Below, one piece after another: positions 18,573-28,785 of a DNA stretch of 29,507 bases; position 1 is the stretch's first letter, and every line of letters begins with the position of its first letter. The stretch is from Campylobacterota bacterium. Its GTDB lineage: Bacteria > Campylobacterota > Campylobacteria > Campylobacterales > Sulfurimonadaceae. Location of the stretch: positions 1-29,507 of the forward strand of contig JAYEKO010000083.1 in NCBI GenBank assembly GCA_034661055.1. Reading direction: 5' to 3'. Below the pieces are notes generated by a model. The model was given only the letters and a program-made list of their open reading frames with translations. It did not search any database and was not told the DNA's origin. Position numbers and translations under genes: made by a program.

Positions 18573-19910
18573 ATGAATAAAAATTTTAGAGAAAAACTAC
18601 TAAAGCTTCTTCTTCCAGTGGGCGGAATTTCAACATTAGCTAACGTACCTATTCTATATAATTTAAATTTTGCTTTTGCAGCTCTAATTTTTGTTATTGG
18701 TGTTGCTTATATAAGCACATACTTTTTCTTTAAAAATCAGAAAATTTCTTACAATTTTGCTTCAAATATTACACTGCTTTTACTTTTTATAGAGACCTTG
18801 TGTGTTCCTATTGCTGACGGTAATAACATGATATTTTTACCTTGGGTTTTAATGTATCCTATTGTCACTTTTAGTCTTAAACCGAGTCGGCATAGTTTAA
18901 TCTTAAGTATGTTTTTGTTAGCTGTATTTACAGTGATGTTTTTATTTACATTTCAGAATACTCAGTACAACATGACGCAGGTTGTGACTTTTGGGATGTT
19001 TTATCTAACGGCAGTTATTGTATTTTACTATTGGAGTAAAAGTTATGAAGAGAAAGAGACTCTTTTAAATCATCAAAATAGACAGCTAGAGGTATTAAAT
19101 CGAACACTTGAGACAAAAGTTGAAGAGGTAACTAAAAACTTAGAAGAACAAAACTTAAAGTTTCAACAGCAAGTACACCTTGCTCAGATGGGTGAGATGA
19201 TTAGTATGATTGCCCATCAGTGGCGACAGCCCCTGAGTGCTATTAGTAGTTGTATAGCAGCCATAGAGCTAAAAAAAGTGACTGGGAGAATTAATTTAGA
19301 GACAAAAAAGCAGCAGGATGACTTTATAGAGTTTATCAGTCAACGACATGAAGAGATTAGTGAGTATGTCCAAACGTTGAGCTATACAATAGATGACTTT
19401 AGAAATTTCTTTAAACCAGATAAGCTTAAAGAAGAGGTCTCTTTAACTACCCCAATACGCAGAGCATTAAAGATAATGTCGAGCTCCTTCAAGAGTTCAG
19501 ATATAGAGTTTGCAACAGAGTTTAAAACAGATGAAAAACTTTATATGTATCAAAATGAGATGATGCAGGTAATTTTAAATATTTTAAAAAATGCAGAAGA
19601 TAATTTTATAGAAAAAGATATTAAAAATCCTAAAGTCAATATTTCAACGTACCTTATTAATGACATTTACACTATTGAAATATCCGATAACGGTGGCGGA
19701 GTTCCTCAAGAGATAGTATCAAATATTTTTGATCCATATTTTTCAACAAAAAGTGAAAAAAATGGAACTGGATTGGGACTTTATATGTCAAAGATTATGG
19801 TTGAAGAGCATCATAGTGGAACATTGAGTCTCTTAAATACTGAGGGTGTTCAAGAAGAAAGTATTGGTGCCTGTTTTAAAATTGAACTTAAGGGTGCTCT
19901 TAAATTATGA
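18573..19910 (+). CDS. Membrane-bound sensor histidine kinase
   Basis: Several N-terminal TM helices, coiled coil, H-box MIAHQWRQPL, N-box NILKNAED, DNGGG, FDPYFSTK, GTGLGL. Confidence 0.93.
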   Translation: MNKNFREKLLKLLLPVGGISTLANVPILYNLNFAFAALIFVIGVAYISTYFFFKNQKISYNFASNITLLLLFIETLCVPIADGNNMIFLPWVLMYPIVTFSLKPSRHSLILSMFLLAVFTVMFLFTFQNTQYNMTQVVTFGMFYLTAVIVFYYWSKSYEEKETLLNHQNRQLEVLNRTLETKVEEVTKNLEEQNLKFQQQVHLAQMGEMISMIAHQWRQPLSAISSCIAAIELKKVTGRINLETKKQQDDFIEFISQRHEEISEYVQTLSYTIDDFRNFFKPDKLKEEVSLTTPIRRALKIMSSSFKSSDIEFATEFKTDEKLYMYQNEMMQVILNILKNAEDNFIEKDIKNPKVNISTYLINDIYTIEISDNGGGVPQEIVSNIFDPYFSTKSEKNGTGLGLYMSKIMVEEHHSGTLSLLNTEGVQEESIGACFKIELKGALKL

Positions 19911-20588
19911 TGAAAACAGGCTCCAAGGTTTACAAAACTGCTCGAGTTGTTCTATGCATTCACTACTCATAAAACGTTCGCCTTCATCAGGATTACATGT
20001 AAATTCATAGTGCTCGTCTTTAAAGTTAAAACGTAATGCATAAGCGTGTAGATAGCCCCGCTCTTCCTGTCTGGCATCATCACTGTTTGCATAGCGAATA
20101 TCACCTGCAATTGGCGCTGAAATACTCTTAAGTGCCACTCTTATTTGATGGGTTTTTCCAGTATGGGGTTTAATGAGAAAAAGACGTTCATGTGGGCGAA
20201 GTGATTTGCTAATAAACTGTGTAATAGCTGGGTTGTTACTGCTTTTTACAAACTTATAGCTGCCGCGCCGAGCACTTGCCATATCTCCTTTAATCCAACC
20301 TTGCTTCTTTTTTGGTTTACGCACAGAGATAGCTACATAGAACTTCTCAATTTTACGGTTCTCAAACAACTCCGTAAAGAGTCTAGCACTCTGTCTGTTT
20401 TTAGCCAAAATAAGTACTCCTGACGTCATCTTATCGAGTCTATGGACACTGTAAAGTTGATCTATGTTTAACAGTTTTTGAGTTAAAACAACAGCACCTG
20501 CTTCATCCTCGCTGTGAAAATTTAGATTAGTTGGCTTATTAATAATAACAAAATCACTATTTTGGAAGATAAGTTCAATTTTTTTCAT
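19905..20588 (-). CDS. RluA-family pseudouridine synthase
   Basis: INKP, catalytic VHRLDKMTSG, TGKTHQIRV, PIAGDIRY, LHA motifs. Confidence 0.92.
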   Translation of the reverse strand: MKKIELIFQNSDFVIINKPTNLNFHSEDEAGAVVLTQKLLNIDQLYSVHRLDKMTSGVLILAKNRQSARLFTELFENRKIEKFYVAISVRKPKKKQGWIKGDMASARRGSYKFVKSSNNPAITQFISKSLRPHERLFLIKPHTGKTHQIRVALKSISAPIAGDIRYANSDDARQEERGYLHAYALRFNFKDEHYEFTCNPDEGERFMSSECIEQLEQFCKPWSLFSS

Positions 20589-20594
20589 GATGTA

Positions 20595-20603
20595 ATCATA
20601 GCA
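20595..20603 (-). promoter_or_regulatory. Extended -10 (TGCTATGAT) placed for a leaderless RluA-family transcript
   Basis: Minus strand TGC-TATGAT-TACATC-ATG: 6 nt between the -10 and the start codon, no SD. Confidence 0.6.
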
Positions 20604-20631
20604 GTTTAGATAAAAAAAAGTTCTAAGTAGC

Positions 20632-20637
20632 TATAAT
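20632..20637 (+). promoter_or_regulatory. Sigma70-type -10 box (TATAAT) for HDOD-polA
   Basis: AGC-TATAAT 29 nt before the HDOD ATG, back to back with the RluA-family promoter. Confidence 0.55.
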
Positions 20638-20666
20638 CACCTATAAAATTATGATTTGGTGCTTTA

Positions 20667-21479
20667 ATGAAAAACTCTATTATTGAAAATGTAAAATCTC
20701 TACCACCTCTAGAAAAGACAATCCTTGATGTCCAGCGTGTCTATAATGATGCTGACTCTTCAATTCATGACATGGTAAAAGCTGTTGAACACGACCCTAT
20801 GATTGTTACAAACTTACTAAAAGCGGCCAACTCGCCCCTATATTTTTTAGGTAAAGAGATAGAAAAAGCTTCAGTAGCTGTATCTCTTTTTGGTATGAGT
20901 ATGACCCGTTCAATTGTTTTAAATAGCTCTATTCGTAAACTACTCAAAGTAGATATGGAACCGTACAACATCTCTCCAGATAGATTTGCTGAAATATCTA
21001 ACCTTCAAGCTTCTCTTATGATGTCTTGGTTTAAGCGCGTAGATCGTGCTCGAGCAGACAAGCTCTATATGGCGGCATTTTTACAAGAGACCGGTAAAAT
21101 TCTAATTTCAAATCAGATTGTTCTTGAGGATCTTGTCGATAATTTTAAATCAGAGATTGAGACAGCATTCAACATAGCCATGATAGAGAAATCATTTACA
21201 GGTGTCACTACCTCAGAGATTACTGCTGCAATTTTTGAACACTGGAAGTTTGATAAAGAGTTTGTAGATACCATCGCTTATGTTGATGATCTTAACAGTG
21301 CTCCTAAAGAGACAAAAGAGAACTCTATTGTGCTCAATATTGTTAAAACAATTATTCCAGTCAATGATCCCTTGGGAGAGAGAAGTATAGAACAAGGTCT
21401 TAAAAAAGCAGAAGATGCCGGATATGATATTGATGTACTAGAGGATGAGATTAATAAACTTGTAGAAAAAATTCGTTAA
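20667..21479 (+). CDS. Stand-alone HDOD domain protein
   Basis: LPPL, VEHDP...LLKAANSPLY, AVSLFG, LQETGK, IFEHWKF. Confidence 0.88.
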   Translation: MKNSIIENVKSLPPLEKTILDVQRVYNDADSSIHDMVKAVEHDPMIVTNLLKAANSPLYFLGKEIEKASVAVSLFGMSMTRSIVLNSSIRKLLKVDMEPYNISPDRFAEISNLQASLMMSWFKRVDRARADKLYMAAFLQETGKILISNQIVLEDLVDNFKSEIETAFNIAMIEKSFTGVTTSEITAAIFEHWKFDKEFVDTIAYVDDLNSAPKETKENSIVLNIVKTIIPVNDPLGERSIEQGLKKAEDAGYDIDVLEDEINKLVEKIR

Positions 21480-24214
21480 TGGCTGCAGTGCAAAAGAGTG
21501 TTACTGTTATTGATACGTTTGGCTTCTTTTTTAGAAGCTTCTATGCCTTGCCACCATTAAGTAATATAGAGGGCTTTCCTACAGGTTTACTTACGGGATT
21601 TACTAACTTTATTGCAACACTACAAAAAGAGCATAGCAGTGACTATATTATTTTTGCACTCGATACTAAGGGCCCTACATTTAGAAATGAGATTGATCCT
21701 AACTACAAAGCAAATAGGACACCACCACCTGAAGATCTGAGTAAACAACTTCCAATTGCCATTGAATGGATTGAAAAAATGGGTTTTAATACTCTTTCTC
21801 AAATAGGATTTGAAGCTGATGATATGATTGCATCAGTAGCAAAACTTGCTGTCTCTAAAGGTATGAAAGTACGTATTGTCTCTCATGATAAAGATCTCTA
21901 TCAGTTAATTGATGATGATAGAGTTGTTCTTGTTGATGCCATTAAACGTGGTGAAGTCAATGAAGAGGCCTGTTTTAAAAAGTATGGAGTCTTCCCATCT
22001 CAGTTTATTGACTATCAGTCACTTCTAGGTGACAGTGCCGATAATGTTCCTGGTGTTAAAGGGGTTGGAAAAGTCACAGCTGAGAAACTTTTAGTTAAGT
22101 ACGGCTCACTAAAAAGCATTTATGAGAACATAGATGATGTTGCTCCAGCAGGTGTCCAAAATAAACTTAAAACTTTTGAAGAAGATGCATGGCGTTCACA
22201 AAAACTGGTATCACTTAGAGGAGATCTGTTTGACGATAGTTTTGATTTTGAGAGCTATCTCATGCATGAAGATAACCCTTTCGTTCCAATTTATGAGGAA
22301 CTTAAGCATTATGAGATGAATGCTGTTTTAAGAGTCTTGCACGCGAAAAAGCTAGTGGATGAAAATAGAACTAGTGGTAGTTCAACTAAAAAAGCTGAAG
22401 ATAAAGAGCATGTTTGCACCTCTAAACAAGATTTGCTTGCAACGCTCTTGACTGATGAGAAGAAGTTAATTGAGATTGTTTCAAAATTAACTGCTGAAGA
22501 TGTTGTAGCGTTTGACACAGAGACAACAGGATTAGATGCTAACAATGACACGTTGGTGGGCTTTAGTTTTGCATTGAATGAGAAAGAGGGCTATTATGTT
22601 CCTTTAAAACACTTCTATTTAGGTGTTGGTGAGCAGATTAGTCAAGAGAGTGCTAAAAAAGCACTGAAAAAGCTAATTACATGTAAATTGGTAGGTCATA
22701 ACATTAAGTTTGATTTGCATTTTATTACACGATATTTAGAGCTAAATGAAATACATGTATTTGCAGATACTATGGTGTTGGCATGGCTCTTAAATTCTGA
22801 AAGTGCATTAGCGTTAGATAAACTCTCTGATTCACTGTTAAATCACCCTATGATCTCTTTTAAAGAGACGGTTAAAAAAGGGGAGACTTTTGCTTCTGTT
22901 GAGCTAGAAGATGCCTGTAAGTATGCCGCAGAAGATGCAGTTATTACATTGCAGCTTTATAATAAGCTGTTAAAGCTTTTTGATGAGAAAGAGTGTGGAC
23001 ACATCCTGAACATTGCTACAGGTTTAGAGTACCCATTTGTCTCAACCTTGCTCTCTATGGAGCGCAACGGCATTAGGCTCAATACTGCATATTTAGAAGA
23101 ATTTAAGGTTGAGGTTGAGGCATCACTTGCGACACTGACACAAGATATTTACAAAGAGGCAGGTAGTGAGTTTAATATTAACTCTACAAAGCAGCTTGGA
23201 GTTGTTCTTTTTGAAACCTTGGGCTTAAAAGTTATTAAAAAGACAAAAACAGGTTATAGTACTGATGAGAAAGTTTTAAATACCCTAGTGGATGAACACA
23301 CTATTGTACCTATGCTTTTAAGTTATCGTTCTCTTTATAAGCTCTATTCTACCTATATTGAGCCACTATTAAAACTAGCTAATTCAGATGAACAGAGCCG
23401 AATCTACACCTCATTTGTACAGACAGGAACCGCAACAGGAAGATTAAGTTCAAAAAATCCAAATTTACAAAATATCCCGACACGTACCAAGCTTGGCACT
23501 AAGATTCGAGAGGCTTTTGTAGCACAAGAGGGTAAGGTGCTTATTGGTATTGACTACTCTCAAATAGAGTTACGACTTCTAGCACACTTTTCACAGGACC
23601 CTGTTTTGGTATCTGCCTTTAATGAAAATAAAGATATTCATCATCAGACTGCAGTGGCTCTTTTTGGTGAAGCAGAAGCAGCAGAAAAACGTTCTATTGC
23701 TAAAACGGTAAACTTTGGACTGCTTTATGGAATGGGACAGAAAAAGCTTTCTGAAACGTTAAAAATTACAACCAAAGAGGCCAAAGAGATAATTAGTCGT
23801 TATTTTGAGAGTTTTCCAACAGTAAAGAGTTATTTTGCTTCCATTATTGAGAGTACTAAAGAAAATGGTTATGCAGAGACCTTGCTAAAGAGACGTCGTT
23901 ATTTTGATTATGGTACTGCAACTCCGATGTTGAAGGCCGCTTATGATCGTGAATCTGTTAATACGGTTTTTCAAGGAAGTGCTGCAGACCTAATTAAGCT
24001 CTCTATGAATAAAATCCATGATGTTATTAAGCAAGAAGATTATCCTGTAAAGATGTTATTGCAGATTCATGATGAGTTGATTTTTGAAGCCAATGAAGCT
24101 GATGCTCAAGTTTTAGCTGCAAAGTTTCAAGAGATTATGGAAAACATCTATGCTTTAGAGATACCACTTAAAGTATCGGTAAACATTGGTAAAAACTGGA
24201 GTGAGTTAAAATAG
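21479..24214 (+). CDS. polA: DNA polymerase I
   Basis: 5'-3' exonuclease (YKANR, EADD, GDSADNVPGVKGVG); 3'-5' exonuclease (DTET, HNIKFD, YAAED); polymerase motifs DYSQIELR, AKTVNFGLLYG, QIHDEL. Confidence 0.98.
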   Translation: MAAVQKSVTVIDTFGFFFRSFYALPPLSNIEGFPTGLLTGFTNFIATLQKEHSSDYIIFALDTKGPTFRNEIDPNYKANRTPPPEDLSKQLPIAIEWIEKMGFNTLSQIGFEADDMIASVAKLAVSKGMKVRIVSHDKDLYQLIDDDRVVLVDAIKRGEVNEEACFKKYGVFPSQFIDYQSLLGDSADNVPGVKGVGKVTAEKLLVKYGSLKSIYENIDDVAPAGVQNKLKTFEEDAWRSQKLVSLRGDLFDDSFDFESYLMHEDNPFVPIYEELKHYEMNAVLRVLHAKKLVDENRTSGSSTKKAEDKEHVCTSKQDLLATLLTDEKKLIEIVSKLTAEDVVAFDTETTGLDANNDTLVGFSFALNEKEGYYVPLKHFYLGVGEQISQESAKKALKKLITCKLVGHNIKFDLHFITRYLELNEIHVFADTMVLAWLLNSESALALDKLSDSLLNHPMISFKETVKKGETFASVELEDACKYAAEDAVITLQLYNKLLKLFDEKECGHILNIATGLEYPFVSTLLSMERNGIRLNTAYLEEFKVEVEASLATLTQDIYKEAGSEFNINSTKQLGVVLFETLGLKVIKKTKTGYSTDEKVLNTLVDEHTIVPMLLSYRSLYKLYSTYIEPLLKLANSDEQSRIYTSFVQTGTATGRLSSKNPNLQNIPTRTKLGTKIREAFVAQEGKVLIGIDYSQIELRLLAHFSQDPVLVSAFNENKDIHHQTAVALFGEAEAAEKRSIAKTVNFGLLYGMGQKKLSETLKITTKEAKEIISRYFESFPTVKSYFASIIESTKENGYAETLLKRRRYFDYGTATPMLKAAYDRESVNTVFQGSAADLIKLSMNKIHDVIKQEDYPVKMLLQIHDELIFEANEADAQVLAAKFQEIMENIYALEIPLKVSVNIGKNWSELK

Positions 24215-24341
24215 TCTTTAGAGACTTAAGCGCCCAGAAACTTTACCTATCCTTTATTAAATCACCAGTAATTGTAATATTATTAGATGATTAGTAAAGG
24301 AGCAATACAATACAAAATTATTTAAGAATTAAGAGAGAATT

Positions 24342-27300
24342 ATGAAACAACTACTTGCACTAATGGGCTCCATGAAAACCATGGCTATTTTAATGATGAT
24401 CTTTGCAGTGGCTATTGGATATGCGACATTTATTGAGAATGACTACGGAACAGTAACCGCAAAAGCAGAGATCTATAATGCACGCTGGTTTGAACTTCTG
24501 TTGGCACTACTCTCGGTAAACCTTATTTATAATATTATCCGATTTGGTATGTACAAAAAAGGAAAGTTCTTAGTTTTTCTTTTTCATATCTCTTTTCTAG
24601 TAATTTTAGTTGGCGCTGCCATAACACGCTATGTGGGATATGAGGGAACCATGCATATTCGAGAGGGAGATACGGTAAATACAATGCTCTCTCAAGAGAA
24701 TTATCTTAGTATTAATGTTGAAGCCAACGGTAAGACAGAGTCATTTAAAGATACACTCTTATTGTCAAAATATTCTCCAAACAGTTTTGAGACTTCAGTT
24801 AATGATGTACATGTAAAATTAATTGAGTACATTCCAAACGCTGCCTATAAACTGGTAGAAGATCCTCTTGGACAAGCGGTACTCAATCTAATGATTACCA
24901 ACGAAAACTCTCCAGAGCAGATTCAACTAGAAGAGGGCAGTTTCTTTGAAGCAGCTGACGTAGTGCTAGATTTTAACTCTGGTCAGAGTTTTTCTAAAGA
25001 GGTAATTGCTATCTCAATTGAAGAGGGGCATCTTCATATGAATCACCCGATGCCATTAAAATATCTACGAATGGATGATCAGATTGGCGGTGATTTAAAT
25101 GCATCTACTGCTCAAGAATTTTCGACTCGTACCCTTTATAGCACCACAGAAACAAATTTTGTACTGCGTGACTTTATGGCTCATGCTAGTAAAAAGCTAG
25201 GTTCTGCAACTGTGGGTTCAGGCATGAATAATCGTGAAAAAGATGCGCTGGTATTTGAGTTAAGCAGTAGGGATAAAACAGAGAATTTTACAGTATTTGG
25301 TATGGCAGGAATGCTTGCTCATCCAGTTTCAATGGAGCTTGGAAATAGTAAAGTTTCCATTGGGTTTGGATCGATTCTTTTAGAGCTTCCATTTTCACTT
25401 AAGCTTGAAGATTTTCAACTAGATCGCTACCCAGGTTCAATGTCTCCTTCATCATATGCGAGTGAAGTTGTTTTAATTGACAAGGAGAAGGGTGTTAATG
25501 AGCCGTTTAGAATCTATATGAATAATATTTTAGAGCATCGAGGATTTAGGTTTTTTCAATCTTCATACGATAGAGATGAAAAGGGTACCGTTCTTTCTGT
25601 AAATCATGATCCAGGTACATTTCCGACATATATAGGATACTTTATGCTAACTGTTGGAATGTTTCTTGCGCCATTTATGGCAGGTGGGCGTTATGATAAA
25701 TTGAGCAAAAAAGCGCTTAAAGCTGCTACCTCTCATAAAACACTTGCTCTTGTTTTTGTAGCACTGTTCTCACTGTTTCCACAAACATCTCAAGCAGATG
25801 AGGTCAGCCCAATTATTAAAAAAGTACTCTCTTTTGACAGTAATCATGCCAATAAGTTTGGTAAACTCGTTGTTCAAGACAGTGGCGGAAGAATGAAACC
25901 TATTGATACTCTAGCAATGGAAGTCATTAATAAAATCTATCGTTTAGACACCATTATGGGACTTAATGCTAACCAGGTAATCCTTGGGATGATGATGGAT
26001 CCGGAGTCATGGCGTGAGATTAACATGATTAAGACATCTCACAAAGAGATTGCTAAAATAATTAAGTTAGAAGAGGGTGCTAAAGTAGCATCATTCTCTC
26101 AGTTCTTTGAATATCCGTCAGAACTTGGTGGTTATAAACTTGCAACGTATGTAGATGAGGCGGTTCGTAAATCACCTGGAAAACGAAATAAGTTTGATAA
26201 AGCCGTTTTAAAAGTTGATGAACGAATTAATATTGCTTATATGGTCTATTCGGGCTCCTTAATTAAGATTTGGCCACGTCCAAATGATAAAACACAGAAG
26301 TGGTATGGCACTATAGATGCGATGCAGAACTTTGATTCAAAAGATGCTGAGGGCATTCGCAGTATTGCTGTTGATTATTTTACTGCTGTAGCAGATGCAC
26401 GACAAAGTGGTGATTGGAGTAAGGCAGATGCATCACTTCTTAACGTTGAAAAGTATCAGAACTTTTATGGACTTGCAGTCTACCCAGATACTTTAAAAGT
26501 TGAATTAGAGATCTGGTATAACCATGCAAAAGTATTTGAGAGACTTTGGCCAATGTATTTTTTAGTCGGTTTTGTGCTTTTGATACTCTCTTTCATTAAA
26601 ATCTTAAAACCAGCCTTTAAAATTAAATGGGCATCTAAAGGTACCTTTATTTTGCTAATTATGTTTTTATTGGCACATACTCTAGGACTTGGAATTAGGT
26701 GGTATATTTCAGGACATGCTCCATGGTCTAACGGCTATGAATCTATGATTTATATTGCTTGGGCAACCGTATTTGCCGGTTTTATTTTTGCAAAAAACTC
26801 ACCAATTACCTTAGCTTCAACAAGTATTATGACAGGGCTTATTCTCTTTGTAGCACATCTAAACTGGATGGACCCGCAGGTTACAAACTTGGTTCCAGTT
26901 CTAAATTCATACTGGTTAAGTATTCACGTCTCTATTATTACTGCGAGTTATGGTTTCTTAGGACTTGGAGCACTACTTGGTTTTCTTGTCTTGATTCTGT
27001 TTATTGTGAAGACTCAAAAGAATGAGTACAATATTTCTCTCTCTATTAAGGAGTTAAACTCTATTAACGAGATGAGCCTTATGATTGGGCTTGCATTACT
27101 AACTGTAGGTAACTTTATGGGAGGTGTATGGGCCAATGAGAGTTGGGGTCGTTACTGGGGATGGGATCCTAAAGAGACGTGGGCACTAGTGACAATTTTA
27201 GTCTATGCTGTAGTTATTCATGTTCGCTTTATTAAAGCTCTGTATTCAGATTACATGTACAGTGTTATTTCGCTTCTTGCATTTACTTCGGTGATTATGA

Positions 27301-27467
27301 CCTACTTTGGAGTAAACTATTATCTAGCAGGTATGCACTCATATGCTAAAGGTGATCCGGTACCAATTCCTGATTTTGTACCGGTGACTTACGCTATTAT
27401 TTTTGGAATTATTGCAGTGGCTTACGTTAAAGAAAATATTATTAATCAGAAGTTACAAAAGGCATAG
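24342..27467 (+). CDS. ccsBA: Cytochrome c synthase, System II CcsB-CcsA fusion
   Basis: WWD domain WANESWGRYWGWDPKETW; candidate heme-ligand His in FHISF, WLSIHVS, IHVRF, GMHSYA; ResB-like YPGS..PSSYASEV and GFRFFQSSY. Confidence 0.93.
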   Translation: MKQLLALMGSMKTMAILMMIFAVAIGYATFIENDYGTVTAKAEIYNARWFELLLALLSVNLIYNIIRFGMYKKGKFLVFLFHISFLVILVGAAITRYVGYEGTMHIREGDTVNTMLSQENYLSINVEANGKTESFKDTLLLSKYSPNSFETSVNDVHVKLIEYIPNAAYKLVEDPLGQAVLNLMITNENSPEQIQLEEGSFFEAADVVLDFNSGQSFSKEVIAISIEEGHLHMNHPMPLKYLRMDDQIGGDLNASTAQEFSTRTLYSTTETNFVLRDFMAHASKKLGSATVGSGMNNREKDALVFELSSRDKTENFTVFGMAGMLAHPVSMELGNSKVSIGFGSILLELPFSLKLEDFQLDRYPGSMSPSSYASEVVLIDKEKGVNEPFRIYMNNILEHRGFRFFQSSYDRDEKGTVLSVNHDPGTFPTYIGYFMLTVGMFLAPFMAGGRYDKLSKKALKAATSHKTLALVFVALFSLFPQTSQADEVSPIIKKVLSFDSNHANKFGKLVVQDSGGRMKPIDTLAMEVINKIYRLDTIMGLNANQVILGMMMDPESWREINMIKTSHKEIAKIIKLEEGAKVASFSQFFEYPSELGGYKLATYVDEAVRKSPGKRNKFDKAVLKVDERINIAYMVYSGSLIKIWPRPNDKTQKWYGTIDAMQNFDSKDAEGIRSIAVDYFTAVADARQSGDWSKADASLLNVEKYQNFYGLAVYPDTLKVELEIWYNHAKVFERLWPMYFLVGFVLLILSFIKILKPAFKIKWASKGTFILLIMFLLAHTLGLGIRWYISGHAPWSNGYESMIYIAWATVFAGFIFAKNSPITLASTSIMTGLILFVAHLNWMDPQVTNLVPVLNSYWLSIHVSIITASYGFLGLGALLGFLVLILFIVKTQKNEYNISLSIKELNSINEMSLMIGLALLTVGNFMGGVWANESWGRYWGWDPKETWALVTILVYAVVIHVRFIKALYSDYMYSVISLLAFTSVIMTYFGVNYYLAGMHSYAKGDPVPIPDFVPVTYAIIFGIIAVAYVKENIINQKLQKA

Positions 27468-27471
27468 TATG

Positions 27472-28593
27472 CTAGTTGAACCAGCCCTTGACTCTGTCAA
27501 AAGTAGATTCAAAAATTCCCTCATGAGGTTTTGCCTCTTCTAGTCCAAAAGACTCTTGTAGTTTTGATAGTAGATCTATCTGCTGTGCTGTGAGTTTTTT
27601 AGGGTATCTTAAAGTTATTTGAGCTATTAAATCACCTTTACCATGACCATGAACATCGGCAATACCTTCACCTCTAAAGCGGAAGTTCTGCTTGTTTTTA
27701 GTCCCAACATCAAGCTGTAGTTCTAGCTCATCAGTTAGAGATGGAATTTTAATACTCTCACCTAAAACAGCTTGTGTAAAAAATACTGGAACTTCTAAAT
27801 AGACATCATTGTCACGCCTAATAAAATGCTCATCTTCTTTAACATAGAATGTTACATATAAATCACCACGAGATCCACCTTTACCGATGTTTCCTTTTCC
27901 AGAGACTCTTAAACGGTTCTCATTGTCAACACCAGCTGGTACTTTAATAGTAACACTTTCAGATACTTCTTCAAAGCCTTCACCACTACAGTCAGGACAT
28001 TTTTTTGCAGCAGATGTACCTTCACCATGACAAGCTGGACAGGTCTGTGAAAATGTCATAAAGCCTTGACGCATGTAAACTTGACCTTTACCTCCACATT
28101 GAGCACATGAGGTTAATTTACCACCTTTAGCACCAGTACCCTTACAGCTTTTACACGATTTTTTATATCGAAAGTTAACCTCTTTTTCGCATCCAAAGAT
28201 TGCTTCATGGAAACTAATCTCCATCTGGGTTGCTAGGTCTAGAGGATACTTGTCAGCATCGGCTCCAGATCGTCTTCCTCCACGGCCTCCAGCACCACTA
28301 AACATCTCTTCAAACATTGAACCAAGGTCATCAAAGCCACCAAAACCAGAACTACGTCCTGCGCCACCTTGAAGACCTTCTTTTCCATAGCGATCATAAG
28401 TACTTCGCTGTTGATCATCACTTAATATCTGATATGCTTCATTGCAAAGCTTAAACTTATGCTCTGCCTCGGTATCATCAGGATTTTTATCGGGATGATA
28501 TTTTTTTGCCATTTTTCTATAGGCTTTTTTAATCTCAACCTTATCCGCAGTACGCGTAATTTCTAAAATTTCGTAATAACTTAAATCTTCCAA
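27472..28593 (-). CDS. dnaJ: Molecular chaperone DnaJ
   Basis: J-domain YHPD, G/F region, four CxxCxGxG repeats. Start most likely TTG at 28593 (MEDLSYYE) with GGGTG upstream rather than the ATG at 28611. Confidence 0.97.
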   Translation of the reverse strand: MEDLSYYEILEITRTADKVEIKKAYRKMAKKYHPDKNPDDTEAEHKFKLCNEAYQILSDDQQRSTYDRYGKEGLQGGAGRSSGFGGFDDLGSMFEEMFSGAGGRGGRRSGADADKYPLDLATQMEISFHEAIFGCEKEVNFRYKKSCKSCKGTGAKGGKLTSCAQCGGKGQVYMRQGFMTFSQTCPACHGEGTSAAKKCPDCSGEGFEEVSESVTIKVPAGVDNENRLRVSGKGNIGKGGSRGDLYVTFYVKEDEHFIRRDNDVYLEVPVFFTQAVLGESIKIPSLTDELELQLDVGTKNKQNFRFRGEGIADVHGHGKGDLIAQITLRYPKKLTAQQIDLLSKLQESFGLEEAKPHEGIFESTFDRVKGWFN

Positions 28594-28625
28594 AGTAAAA
28601 CACCCATACATAATAAATTTTTCGA

Positions 28626-28631
28626 ATTATA
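28626..28631 (-). promoter_or_regulatory. Sigma70-type -10 box (TATAAT) for dnaJ
   Basis: Minus strand AAGC-TATAAT about 32 nt upstream of the TTG start. Confidence 0.5.
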
Positions 28632-28785
28632 GCTTGTTACACTTTTGTATTCAAGTTTACTTTTTATATTACTATACTACCCTAGAAAAATCAAACAACT
28701 ATTTCTATAATAAAGAGAATTTACTGAATTCTTGGTTTGTAGTGAAATGAGCTTCTTTTTAGATTACGGTAGAATTAAATATTAG

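Noticed and set aside
3222..28421. Short alternative-frame and antisense ORFs in the track (e.g. 3222, 3725, 5398, 6518, 7115, 7141, 13471, 14482, 14712, 14866, 15208, 17162, 20765, 21213, 21620, 22134, 22309, 26759, 28239)
   Set aside because: All lie within or largely overlap well-supported genes and show no protein motifs; treated as shadow ORFs.
28612..28720. HrcA CIRCE or HspR HAIR operator upstream of dnaJ
   Set aside because: Neither TTAGCACTC-N9-GAGTGCTAA nor CTTGAGT-N7-ACTCAAG is present; only a weak TAGAAA/TTTCTA inverted pair.
28756..28780. TTTTTAGATTACGGTAGAATTAAAT as a third copy of the fic-flanking repeat
   Set aside because: Only the AT-rich ends match; the central TGA-ATTTAGC core is absent.
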